Counted from the first letter of the stretch, positions 47,983 to 61,713 are shown. The stretch is 64,000 nucleotides of DNA from Magallana gigas (GCF_963853765.1 NC_088855.1:11284001-11348000); one strand, 5' to 3'. The notes: a model not told the origin generated them from the sequence alone. Numbers and translations: made by a program.

Positions 47983-49622
47983 CCGGCACTACTACTTTAT
48001 CAAACAAATCAAACTGTTGTTCCATGGGTAGATTAAAAAGTCTTATTTTTCTTATAATACTATACATAGCTTTCTGTGCTTGCTCAACCAAGTGTTTTTT
48101 TGCTTTACAAAAAGATCCACTTCTGGAAAATACAGTACCCAAATATTTGAATTCACTCACAATTTCAACAACGTTATTATTATAATAAAAAATGTTTTTT
48201 GGCTTAGTGCCTTTTGAAAAAACTAATATCTTTGTTTTTTCTACATTGACATTTAGTTTCCATTGGGAACAGTACACATGGAATTCATCTAGTGCTTTCT
48301 GGAGATCATCAGCGGTCTCAGACATAATAACTGTATCGTCTGCATAAAATAATAGGCAAAGTTTCAAGTATAACATCAACTCATCTTCAATGGAAGAACT
48401 AATACTTTGTAACCCAACAATATTTTTATCTAATAAAAAATCTTCTAAGTCATTAATATACAATGAAAATAAAAAAGGAGATAAATTTTCTCCTTGACGC
48501 ACACCTATATTACAACAGAAAAAATCAGATGACATACCGTTCATACATATCTTAGATTTTTAGAGGAAATGATTTTAAGGTGTTTATATTATAGTGTAAT
48601 TTTTACATTTTGCTACTTACCGGTAATTATCTTTTCTTAGAATGTAAAAACTATCTATAGCACATATTTATGCATCGATGTTATACATATGTTCTTTAGG
48701 GTAGTACTTTGTATTAAATATATTGTATAATTTTCTTAAGTATTAAATATTGATATATACATGTACGTGTATACGCTCCTGAGATTAGCTCACTAGTATT
48801 ACAACTCTCAAATCGATCAATATAATGAAATATGTTTAATACAAAGTACTACCTTAAAGACATATATAAAACATGTAAAACTGGTTATTTTATATTTTTT
48901 AATGTTTTTTCTCCTTTATATAAGATTTCTGGGGGTTTTCTTTCTTTACGTGATTTGCACCTCTCCTAGCTATTTCTCTTACCTAAGAGAGGGATATGTA
49001 TAAGCTTTTTGGCTTGTTTTCCTATCTTATACTTAGTCAATTATTTGTACATGAATCTGCTATTGATAAACATCAATAAATATTGTTTAAATTAATTTTT
49101 TAGATCAGATCACTTTTGTGTATGTATACAATTAAAAGTAATCGCAAGTTTATTAATTAACTAATTAAGCATGACTGAAAGGTTGTTGAGAGCTGGAGTT
49201 ATTTGCCAGGGGTACGTGTATGTTATACATTATACATCTTGTATCTTGCTTTTTATTGTATTCATTTTTTATTGTGTACATTCACGTGTTTATTCATGCA
49301 ACATGAGATTAAATTGAATCACATGTTGGAAAATATATCCTGTCGGAAAAGGTGCTTGATNNNNNNNNNNNNNNNNNNNNNNNNNNNNNNNNNNNNNNNN
49401 NNNNNNNNNNNNNNNNNNNNNNNNNNNNNNNNNNNNNNNNNNNNNNNNNNNNNNNNNNNNNNNNNNNNNNNNNNNNNNNNNNNNNNNNNNNNNNNNNAAG
49501 TCAGTTTACCAGCGTGCCTTCAATTCACTGGTGTGCTGTCACCACTTGATCCGCCTCTGTGATCCTTGATAAACTCTTCTGTGCTGTGAGGTAAGTTTTA
49601 GTCCACGTAGAAAACATTGAAG

Positions 49623-52600
49623 ATGGCGGTTCACGAATCGTTCCATCTGTAAGTGGGCGTTAAAGTTTGTCTTTACTTTTAAGTTAAATACTTTAATTAT
49701 GATTTATTGTGTATTGTACAGTATTGGAATGATACTTACTATTGTTTATCAATCGATAATGAAAAATTTAGTTTTTTCGATCGATTTCAAATCATGCAAC
49801 CGGCTCAACTGCTCAAGAACTGAAGAAGTCATCGATTGGTTAATAAAAACGTATGATTCGAACTGAGAGGCCTCGTACTATAGTGAATACTCGATAATAC
49901 GATTATCTCTATCGAATGATAAAAATTAAGATGTTGGAATGTTATGAATATAACCTTGGGTTATGTATAACTTATTATTTTTTTTTATAACTGATCTGAC
50001 CCAGTGTGTTCAGACCCACTTCATGATAATGATGATACTTAGTTATAATTCCACTCTATGTAATCAGTGTAACATAATCACATGTGACACTTATATGATA
50101 TAGTGAGCACAGTAAAATATAAGTTAAAATCCTTCTCTGAGCCATGAAGGCGCACAAGGCCTATGCTTATCCCCAATTTCACTGGTGCTAATAAGATGAG
50201 AGTCATTAATTGACTCCCACTGGATGGGACACCAGTCCATCACAGGTTAACTCCCAGCATAAGCAGGTACCCAATTTTAGTTGGGTGGACTGAGACAATG
50301 TAGATAAACTGTCGTAATTATCTAAGGCATCATCAGGAAACCACAGTGGGACTCGAAACAATGACCTTAAAGTTACTGGACTATAAATACTGAAGTCAAG
50401 ACCACTGAACTTAATGCTCCACAACATATATATAGCAAAGAGAATGTCCAGTGAACACCAGGAAGGAATTTAGAAATATGAAATTAGACCTACTAATCTA
50501 TATTTATCAGTTAGTCTGCACAGAAACAGGAAGGTAGTACATACATTCCACAGGAGCAAGCTCTTTTTAACCTTTGGTTACATTAAAATTAAGGTTTAAT
50601 GGGCATGGCCATTGCAATGAATTCCTTTCCTTTTTTATGATTTCCTGTAAAACATACAGTTATAAAAGTTAAGGATGTACAGTGTGTAAACGTTTGAAAA
50701 AGATTAGAACTGAGATTGTGCTGAACTCTTTAAATCTTTGAATGATCCGACAGAAATTATATTTGAAAAGCTTTTGGAAAATAAGGAATTCTTAGATGCA
50801 GATAGAAAAATCTTTATGAATACAGGTTTTAGCTTTCTATGGATATAGTTTGTTACTTTTCTTAAACAATGTCAAACTTGCATCAAAAGGATTATGAACC
50901 AAAAATTACTGAAACTTAAGCAGTATAACAAATGATACATGTAATATACAAATGATTTAATACAAATTTCAAATTGTTAACAATTCTATATTTACATTTA
51001 ACGAATCATGCANNNNNNNNNNNNNNNNNNNNNNNNNNNNNNNNNNNNNNNNNNNNNNNNNNNNNNNNNNNNNNNNNNNNNNNNNNNNNNNNNNNNNNNN
51101 NNNNNNNNNNNNNNNNNNNNNNNNNNNNNNNNNNNNNNNNNNNNNNNNACCATATTGAACCCTTATAATTTGTATATACTGGTATACCGATATATATTGT
51201 TTTTGTCTTTCAGTCATGTAACAACAGACAAGTTTTATATCCAGCCTGTAGATTCTGGGATTGATGAACTGTTGGTTATCGACAGAGTGTCACAAGAAAT
51301 CAGCCTCCAAGGTATGAAGGAATAAACTTGAATTTCTACATGGATAAATTATGTCTTACATTCATGAGTTTCATGTACCGGTAATTTGTTATCATTCATT
51401 TCTTAGCTGCCTTCGTTTATATCTGCTCAAAAATCAACACAATATATGAAATTCTATTTTTGTAATGAAAACAAAACAAGGGTCTAATCAAATTTTTCTT
51501 TAGACATTATTGAAAAACTGTTAACTTTTGATGTGTGCACTGTTATAAAATAAATCTTATAGTAACTGTGGCTCAAATATCTCGGATAATTCTATGATTG
51601 TAATCATATTAAAACTACTTACTGTCATTTTTGTTTTTTTTACATTTGCTTTACATATTCATGAATTATGTATGTTTATAAAATTCAGGGGAATGGTCCC
51701 TCATATTGAGAGTTATATCTGCCATTCTCTTTGCAGCAAACAAAGGACAGTTGCCTGAGTCCAGTGTAACCAAGATTATCTATGGAATATTTGGGATGAT
51801 CAGGCTTATAGCAGGTGAATGTTAAGCTTTTTACAAGTCATTCAGTTGACTCTCTTTTCAACTATTTTCTATCAACCTGTATACAAAGATCTTTGTACAT
51901 GACTGTTTAACGGTCAGACAAATCCATTTGTTATTGAATGAATGGATAAGAATATTTTAGATTGTTGAATTACATGCATACTGCTATTGATATTTTAAAG
52001 TTTTATTTAAATTATGAATGTATTATGTAGGTCCATACTTGATTGTTATCACAAAGAGGGAGAAGATTGGTGATATTGATGGCCGTACTGTGTGGAAAGT
52101 TGTCAGCACAGAAGTCTTGTCGTTCAAAAGGACCCTGCTACATCTTACAGAGCAACAGGTCTGTGACATCAAGCTGTTTATTTATTCAAGCAGGATATAT
52201 GTGAAATCAAATCATGTAAACAGTTGCAATTACCAGAGTTCTCCCTATATGTTTAATGTTTTTAATTGAAGCAAAATGTTAGCTCTTAGAATTTTATAAT
52301 TTTACATCAATTTATTGATATTTAAGAATCAAGGAATTTTTATCCTGCAAATTGTTAAATCAACAAACTTCACATTCTATTTTTTTTTTTTTACATTTAT
52401 TATGGGTTTGAATTGCATGCATATTTTAAAAGAGAGGGAGAGGAGAGAGAGAGAGGATATACATTTATCAGTAACTAAAGAAGTAACTTATGTTTGTGTT
52501 TTGTAGAATGCTCACAATAAAACCTATCTAAGCATGCTTGACAATGCCCTGAAGATGGAGAGTTACTACTACAGCAATAACTATGATCTGACCCACAGCT

Positions 52601-55600
52601 TCCAGAGACTTTACAACACCAGTCCCGACTTCCACTCAATGTCACTCCTAGAGAGGGTAAACAAAGCACACTTAATTTACATGCATTTCATTTTCTATAA
52701 ATATCTGAGTCTAATTCTTAATGGGTTCATTCATTTTGGTCATTCATTCTCAGTACACTCTAAACATATTATATTTGGTTGTAAATTTTTTTTTTTGGGG
52801 GGGGGTGGAAAGTAGATTTCTTTTTTCTCTGTTTCTCAAAGTTTGCAATCTTCAGAATTATGGATTTCATTTAATTTACATACATAAAGCAAATGTGCAA
52901 TCAAAAGGAAAATTTTTAAAGTTAAGCAGAATACATGTACTTCTTTTGTATGCAATATTCTATTTTAGCTCTCTTTTAGGACTTCAGTGTTGAGCATAGG
53001 CTATCTTTAATCCATCTTTTATACATGTATTTATAGGCAGATCCTAGATTTACCTGGAATGGACACCTGTTGAGGGAACTCTCCCAGCAGTCAGAGCTTG
53101 GCCGGTATTGTCTGCCCATTGTACATGGATGTATCCTCATTTGGAAACAAAATGTCTAATCATTATCATTAACTTTTCTTGAAATGATCAAACATTTTTT
53201 ATTTTTTTTAAGCCTTAATATGATTGTGTCCTGTGGGCAGATACACTAAGAAATATCAATTAATGAAAAAACGTTATTATACTGGCTGGTATATATGCTT
53301 TAAATAAACTAGATATAACATTTGAATTTCAAGGCTTCACTGAACAAATGCTATTGTTTGACCAACTAAAACAAAATGAAAATACTATTTCAGCATTGTA
53401 GCAACTTTTTGGACTAGTAAATCATGATTACCAGTACACAAATTATACAGAGTTTAGTACCTAGTGCTCTACCACACTTATTTCTAAAACTCTCGTCCTG
53501 ATATGATTAGATTACTTTATTGTATATAACAGCCAGACAATTTTGGCACAAACATTGTCTAGAAAATTTTGAATATGGTTACTGAAACACCCACACAGTC
53601 ACAAAGGGACTCTCAAGCCAAGTGTTTTTGACAATAAGAGTTGTCCTTGATCTGTGACAGTCATAGAATGCCAGTCGTGTACAATCAACAACAAGAGCTT
53701 TGACTACATCCTGGTTTCCCGGCGCTCTGTGTACCGGGCTGGTACCAGGTTCTATGTCCGAGGCATCGACACTGAGGGACAGGTGGCCAACTTTGTGGAA
53801 ACAGAACAGATTGTGCAGTATGAGGGCAATAAGTGCTCCTATGTTCAGGTAAGCTCTTAATCATGTACAATATGTAGATGTACAATAAAGAATTAATCAA
53901 ATGGGGTATTATAACATATTGTATGATAATTATCACTCATATATATGTATGTGTAAATGAGAGGGAAACTATTCAATTTAAACAAAGATTTATGCTTATT
54001 GATTTTATAATGTTATTGAGATTTTTCAGGTTGTTGTTTTGTTGTTGTTGTTGAAGAATTGGCTGGTAGTGTGATGATTCAAAATATGATAACTTTATTT
54101 ATGATTTAGGTCAGAGGCTCCATTCCCCTGTTCTGGACTCAGAGACCCAATCTACAATACAAGCCTAAGTTTAAAATGAACACATCTAGTCATGTTAGTA
54201 TATCCAATGAACATATTGCATTGTTTCTCAGATTAAATTTTTTTAAGAGGGCTTTATGGTTGTGACCATTTTAGACTGTATTGATCTCCTTTAGAAGAAG
54301 AGTTCTATATAAAAATACAGAAAAATTGTAAAGTGTTGATGGTTAAAATATATACAGATTTTTCTCTACTAGCTAGATAATAGTATACATCTAAACAAAT
54401 CATTTCTTAAATCTTTAGGTAGGCCTGATGATTAATTTGTTGACCATCCAATCTCCTTGACTTTTTGAATTTTTAATTTCAATATTTTAATGTGCATTTA
54501 TTGCTCAAAATCAAAGTGTTTTAATATTTATAAAGTACTTTCATGTATGCATTAAAAAGTTACGTGTAAAGGGACTCCGTGAACTTTGCCATACATTTAT
54601 TGTTTATGACAAAAATGTTTTACTTGTGTATGTTTTCAGATAGAGGTCTTTAAAAGACATTTTGATGATTTAGTGTACAATTATGGTGATCAAGTGTTAA
54701 TTAATTTGGTAAGTGCTGATAGTTTATATTATATAGCAATGCATAAAAATATGTGGTTTTGGCATAATTGTAGTATGCAAATATGCAATATGATTCTGTT
54801 GCTTCAGACTTGTTTATGTCAAGGAGAAATGATCAAGGAAATTTTTTTTATCAATTTCATTTAACATGGAAGAAAAATGTATTAATTTCTTTTCTGTGTT
54901 ATAAGATTATCAACCTGTTTTTTGATGCTACAGATTAACCATACAGGTGGAGAAGGGCAGCTAGAAAAGGCATTTTCTCAATCAGTGACCAACACACAAA
55001 ATCCGAAAATTAGGTAGGCATATTTTGGTCTGAAGTTCAAGAGCAAATCTGATATAATATGTAGCATTTAGAATCAATAGGTTTAAGGAAAAACAAAGAA
55101 CCAAAGAGACAAATTCAGAATCCTTCAGAGGCAACTTGAGAGTTTAAAATGTGATACATGTCATTATGGAGTCTAATTAGTTTATTTTTTTTATTGTTCA
55201 TACATGTATAGAATACCTTCATTTATTTTTGGTAGATATGAATATTTTGACTTCCACCATGAGTGTCGAAAAATGAGATGGGATCGGTTATCATTGCTGA
55301 CAGATAGACTTGGAGAGGATGTCAAGAGATTTGGGTACGAGTCTTTCCCTGTAAATATGGCAGATAAGACTTTTATGACTTAATATGATCAGTTTGTACA
55401 TGTATGTTTAGAAATCTTACAATGAATGTCATGCCTTATCTTTTTACAGTTAAATATTGAAGCCAAACTATGAAATCTAAAATCAACTAACACAATTAAT
55501 TCTTTTTGTAATATTGATTGTATAAATGTGTAATAACTTTTTGGTTTCTATACAAAAAAGTGTCATATTTTTGTTTGACAATATTATCGTAATTTTACAC

Positions 55601-57778
55601 ATATTAAGGCAAGGTAAATTTTTATATTGGGATGCTTTTCAATTTTTTTTAGATATTTTGCCATATCAAAGGATGGGAATGTTCTAAGTCAGCAAGAAGG
55701 GGTGTTCAGAACAAACTGTATAGATTGTTTGGACCGTACCAATGTTGTGCAGGGGTTACTTGCCAGGATCATCCTAGAAACACAGCTAACTGTAAGCCAT
55801 ATACTATGACTTCATTTTAGATGAATAAAAAATGAGCGGACAAACATTTGAGTGAAAATAATTTTTCAAAATCTTCTGTTTATATGTGTAAAATCTTTTA
55901 CAAGTGAGATCACTTTAATATTTTATGATTGATCAGATGATATGATATTTTTGATATCTTTTTAACAGCGTCTGGGTGTGTTAGAAGCAAGTCAAAGAAT
56001 AACGGACATGAAAACCTTCATATCTAAGTTCAATAACAGTAAGTTAGTTAGAATTGCTTTATTTTTTTCAATAAATCAAAATACATATTAAAAATTTATG
56101 TGTTTATTTATGTTGCTCTTTCTTGGTGTTTTCTTAGCACTGCAGAAAGTACATGTACATGTATCGTCCTTTAACAGTGAAATAATCTTGTAAAAGAAAT
56201 TTTTTAAAACAAAAGATTTATTTATTGCTCATGTACATACACTGTGGTTATTTGCAGTAATTGAATAACATTATTTGCATTTTCTTAACGTTCGCAAGAA
56301 GTATTTTTGCAAGAAAGCAGATATTCAGTTTGTTCTATTTCCTCGGTATCTGATTTCGTCTCTTTGTCAGTCTGGGCAGACAATGCGGATGCAGTGTCCA
56401 AGCAATATGCAGGAACAGGTGCTCTTAAAACAGATTTCACCCGGTATGTGAGCTTGTACCAGTATTTATTAATTTAAAGCAAAGCGTGATACTAATTATT
56501 GGTGTTAACAGAAGGACTGTATTCCTTTGAATATAATTGTGTGACTTGTCCATTATCTGATTTGCTTTGAATTATTTTTAGGCAGGGAAAACGCACCAAG
56601 ATGGGGCTTGTCATGGATGGTTGGAACTCGCTGATTAGATATTTTAAGAATAATTTTGGGGATGGGTTTCGACAGGTAAACTGTTGCTTGTCTCAAGTTT
56701 TAAAGAGTGCTCTCCCTTGTCAGAATCACTCTCTCCTTCATTTTCAATATTCAAATAACAAAAAATTGTCGGATTAAAATAAAAATCATCTTTAGTATTT
56801 AATACATTCGGTAGATTTTAATGAACTTCTTTTACCAGGATGCTATTGATTTGATCTTGGGTAACTACACTGTGGAAGAAAATGAAGGAATTTCCAGGCC
56901 CTCTCCTCTGCAGGCAGAAAGAGATTGGAAGTTTTATGCAGTAAGTCCAGCATGTATAATTCTAAATTTTCGATGAAATGTACTTTAAATTTTTTTTTTA
57001 CCAGTACAAGGCATTTCAATGAATTTTAAAAAAATGGAACAATTTCAAGTATTATGGCATTGATGATTGTACATTTCAAGATGAATTTAAACAGATGTAC
57101 ATGTGTAAGCTTTTGACACAAGGCAAGTTTGGCTTGGCTATAGAACACATGTATGAACTGTTTCTTGTAACTGAATGTTACCTGTATACTGCTATTCATT
57201 ACATGCATCTTTTAAAAGATGTTTAGGAATCCTTTCCTTTGTTTTGTACAGGTACCTGTGATATTTGTTATTGCCATGGGGATGTGCTTAATCAGCATAT
57301 TGTTGCCAGATGGTAGGTTATGTAATAGAGATTTCTGAATTCCTTTCTGATTTATAGCAATTCTGTGATTGAAATGAATGGCAAAGAAATTTATTATCTA
57401 GAATTTATTAAATACAAATGGATTTATCATGAAATAATTATGTCCTATCGGGTATAGAAGGAAAAATAATTGCTTTGATCGATGGACTTGTTTGTTTATT
57501 TCACAAAATAAGGTTGAACAATGAAAGTTACTGGTACTCTAACTTTAAATTGATTTTTATGATATAATATAATATGATATAACTCTTGACCTTGTTTTTT
57601 GCCTGCAGAGTCGTGGAGTGAACAGTTCATGTACATTTTATTCTGGGGCACTGCCAGCGTTGTGTCTCTAGCAGTGATCTACATCTATGGGAGTGAATTT
57701 GTGGACCAACCCAAACTTGTCCATACCCATGCCAGGGTTAATGGTGCTGTCATGTATGACACCCCCAAAACAGCCTGA
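49623..57778 (+). CDS. SACM1L: Phosphatidylinositol-4-phosphate phosphatase SAC1, 18 coding exons, 600 aa
   Basis: Exons: 49623-49648, 51214-51311, 51737-51814, 52031-52158, 52507-52656, 53037-53130, 53661-53848, 54110-54193, 54640-54708, 54934-55013, 55236-55334, 55653-55791, 55969-56038, 56371-56443, 56582-56675, 56839-56940, 57252-57312, 57609-57778. All introns are GT-AG, phases are consistent and the total is 1803 nt. Catalytic CX5RT motif [18 protein letters not shown] motifs [25 protein letters not shown] and WADNAD, and two C-terminal TM helices. Confidence 0.96.
50130..50425 (-). mobile_element. tRNA-derived CORE-like SINE in SAC1 intron 1
   Basis: The minus strand has a tRNA-like head (gtttcgagtccc B-box), then ctcagtccacccaactaaaattgggtacctg and aacctgtgatggactggtgtcccatccag, which resemble conserved SINE central domains. 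Confidence 0.6.
53131..53660 (+). other. U12-type (minor spliceosome) GT-AG intron in SAC1
   Basis: 5' splice site GTATCCTC, branch site TCCTTGAT at 53644-53651 with the branch A about 10 nt upstream of the AG at 53659-53660, and no polypyrimidine tract. Confidence 0.85.
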
Positions 57779-59140
57779 GAGTGTGTTTGTCTGTATACAG
57801 CCTCATTCCATATGACAGAACTATTCTTAAATTCAATGGAAAGAAGAAAAATTTGATTTGCTTTTAATATTGCCCTTTAAGATGGATCTTCCTTGTTTAT
57901 ATGAATGGTTTATTCCTCATTTTATGGAAGTAAAATTTTAATTTGGTCCAATGTTAAGTATTTATAAAAGGATAATCAAGAATGAATTGTGTAGCACAGT
58001 ATAAACTTTTTAAAGAATTATACTTATATCTGCACCTTATTTGACAAAATATCACATGCTTTGTATTTTGAAGGAATGAAAGAAAAATTTGGTAATGTAG
58101 ATAAGTGTATGATTATGGTACCGGTACATGTATTAGAATACAGATATTGAATCCTTTTGTAAATACATGTACTTTATGACGGTCAACAAACATTAATTCA
58201 TGTATTTTATCTTATGTAGGCATTGAAATCCTTCAAATTGTATGTACTTTAATCAGTTATGAAAAATGAAAATGTGATCATTGTTAGACCTATATTGCAG
58301 GGATATTAAAAAAAAATGTATCGTTCAATCATTTCAATAACTTTATTTTTTTTTTTTAAAAACATAAATTTATGTAATTGTAAATTGATTAAGTTGATCT
58401 GTGGAATTTATACCAACTTAGATTCTCATTGGTTACTTTTCTCTACAGAACTGGTTTGTTTTGTGTATATTATACAAAAAAATATGATTAAATACATGTA
58501 GATTACAAAGAGTCTTGTGTGTTTGTGAATCAGAATGTTATATAATAATGTTCTCCTACCATTATATATATCTAAAAATTTCTTAACATTGGGAACAAAA
58601 TAAAAACACCAGTTGACATGATGTGTCTGTTATGTTTATATAGACCTACATTTAATTACTGGTATATGGGTTTTTTTTATGTTCTTGTATTTACTGCAGT
58701 TATTGATGTAGTGTAAAAAAAGAAACTCTGTGAAAAGGGAAATAACTCTAAAATTTAAAAAAAAAAACGAGCATTAAATTTCGATGTAACCCATAAAATT
58801 GATCTGCTTAAAATGAAATTCTGAAAATTTAAGAGAAGAAAAGTTCAAAAGTAACATGCAATATGTATGTAATATTAGTTGCTTTTGAAATTTCATGTAA
58901 ATTATTATGGATAGTAAAGGTAACGTGATATATATCAGAAATCAATAAACAACAGACACTGGTACTTTCACTTAATTATTTAATTGAAGACTTATCAACA
59001 ATTATTGGCATAAAGTAAGAAAATATACCGGTATTTGTGAAGTTGATAAAAAATTGTGACATATGTACATGTATGACTTCTAAATTAAAATACAATATAA
59101 ATTACTCCATTATTTATTATTTCTATCTTCTCTTGCTCTG

Positions 59141-60785
59141 TCAACTAATTTCCTTTTTATCTTCTATCTCTATAAACTGAAAAAAAAAAAGAATTTCCTG
59201 TGCAGTTATTAAAACAACATTCTGCTTCAACTATTCTTTACCAGTTCTTGGATGACTGAAAGACACAGTATGCACCAATTAGATAAACATAGTGTTTATG
59301 TATCTAAATATGATAATTTATTTAGTATCATATAATTTATATTCAAATTAAAATTAAGAATACAATAAAGAATTGATAACAAAATATTATCTACTTGTAC
59401 CTTGGAAGACTCTTTCTCATAACAGAGAAACATGGACCACATGAAGGAAGCACACCCCATCACTTTGGTCCGGTGTTTGTATGGAACTAGTGAGAAATTG
59501 ATACTTTGAACAATTGGCCAAAAGGATACCCCAGTCTGAAAAAATTAACAAAGTACATAATTGGTAATATGTCATATATTTTATAACTTCACCAGCAGTT
59601 TTGTGAATGTAGGTTTTTGTTTTTGTTTTTGTTTTTTTTTTTTTTTGGGGGGGGGGGGGGGGGTTAAAGAAATAAAATCACCGGTATTTCACTCTATATG
59701 CCACATACTGATATACTATAGTATAGGATATGCAGGATGTAATTATAATTTAAAAAAAGGAAATAGCATACTGAGTATATTGTTTGTGAAATAATATTTG
59801 GTATTGAATAAAAATTTTTAATGTTCACAAAAAGCTTTTGAATCTACTCGGTACTAGAATGATATGAAGTGAATAGTTCATGTACTAGAAACAAAATCAT
59901 TTTATCATAATACAAAATGTTAAGAGAATATATAATATGTCATCGTCGGAACCCACGGGTTTTTTATCTGTTACATTGAAAGCAGTGTAACGGATAGAAA
60001 ACCCATGGGTTCCGACGATGATAATATATGTTTGGACGGTACATTTTTGGCTAAAGCAAATGAATTCTACATTTTGTAAAAGACATAAAAGGAGCATATA
60101 TATAGGTACCTTGTATGTGATTGGAAATTTTTGTAACCATTCTTCTTTAAACTGCTGCAAAGATTTTTTCTCGAGCATACATGTTGCTGAAAATATACAT
60201 GTTCACATGAACAATGGAAAAATCAAAAGTCACCTGATTTTGCACAACAAATTTAAGGTGATGAAAATATTTACTGTAAAATATGCATGCCATATAAAGT
60301 CATATCAGCAGTAAACTTCTTGACTTCTGAACTTTATACTAAAGATTTATAGAACATGCTCCAAATGTTGTACTTAAGTTTGACATGTGTATTAAGTTAT
60401 ATGAGTTAAATTGAACCAAGAAATATGAAGTTGGACTTACAGCAAGTCAAACACAGCTAGGCATTCAATATTATTCTCATTTTATAGAATAATTGCATTT
60501 ATAAAGCTTACAGAAATAAAAAGTTGATATTGCAAAGGGGGCAAACACAGCCTGTCCTGCTACCATTTTCTTTGCCACAGTTTTAAAGGTCCTTCCTGGA
60601 AACGCCCGTTCCACAAGGAACATCCAGGAAAACACCATTGGTGCCATGACAAATGTTCCGACTGTGAACATCCTCAGAGACTTCTGGCGGTCCAGTTGCT
60701 GTTTCTTACAGATAAATTTCTGTTCAATTAGGTCAGCAATTGTCCACAAGGTGGCATAAGTTGCCATCGTTTGTAAAAGAGTCAT
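59141..60785 (-). CDS. MPV17/PMP22-family membrane protein (Mpv17-like), 4 coding exons, 173 aa
   Basis: Exons 60512-60785, 60110-60186, 59401-59535 and 59141-59176 (522 nt, GT-AG, phases consistent). Family motifs: ADLIEQK, SLRMFTVG, W...ER.FPG, KKM..Q.VFAP, FWPIVQSINFSLVP..R. Confidence 0.9.
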
Positions 60786-61713
60786 TGTTCAGTTGTTTAA
60801 CACCTCTATTTCTGCATTTTTACATGAATTTCATCTACAAAATATACAGAATAACAGTGTACACTTTTATTAATATGACTATCTTAGTTACCTGTGATAT
60901 TTATTGATATATCCATTTTCAATTCTGCATTTCCTTTAGAAAAAAACATATTCACAAAGTTGCTCTTTTGTGCAACTAGTTATGATTTCAGGGTAGGATG
61001 AACTATTCTTATCAATATACTGTTAATACACATATACCCTTTCCTAATAAGCACTTTTGTTTTTAATTTTTAGAGTTTTTGTACAGCTTTAAATTAGTTT
61101 AAAAGATTGTGAATTTATCACTTGCTGTGAACAACATTGTCCAAACGGAACACCATACAAAAATTATCAACCGATACTAGTACTTTCAGTACTTCGATTT
61201 AGAGAGTTTGTTCGGCGTGTGACAAATCAATGAACGTCATTTAATATGAATAAATGATAAAGAATATATACACTTAAAATAAGCACATACCTTGGTTAAT
61301 GGTTATGGTTATGTAACTAAATAATTATCTAACATCAAGACTTCGTGTATGCCAAGAAACAATGTCCTGTGATGATTGTACTCTGATTCCATCAAGGTTT
61401 AATGACATTTTACAGTTATTTGAATATATACGTGGACTGACCTTTTAGGATAACGCATCAGTGTAAATCATAGACTTTACAGTTCGTTAGGGTTAGACTT
61501 TTAAGTCAGTATGGAAACGTGGTCATGTAATAAATCAGGGGTTGTTGAGAGACGGACTTGAAATACCTATAAAAATGTAAAACAGACAGTTTAAAATTTA
61601 TTATTTATTAAAATATATTATATTTATTATATAGTTCATAATTTCTGATATTACAGTATTTTCAAAATAAAGAAACTTATCATTCCTTAGCCTTATTATT
61701 TTTTTACGGTTAA

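Larger units (their letters stand above)
43056..48560 (-). mobile_element. 5'-truncated non-LTR retrotransposon (RT ORF), split by an insertion at 44188-47982
   Basis: 47983-48560 encodes the RT core (GVRQGENLSPFLFSLYINDL, LFYADDTV, FKYLG). It continues after the insertion as PVLLYACEIWG..., YGESGRYPL and HRLPIETGRW..CTLC..DEYHFILEC. An AATAAA-(TTGAA)n tail lies at about 43056-43080 on the minus strand. Confidence 0.9.
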
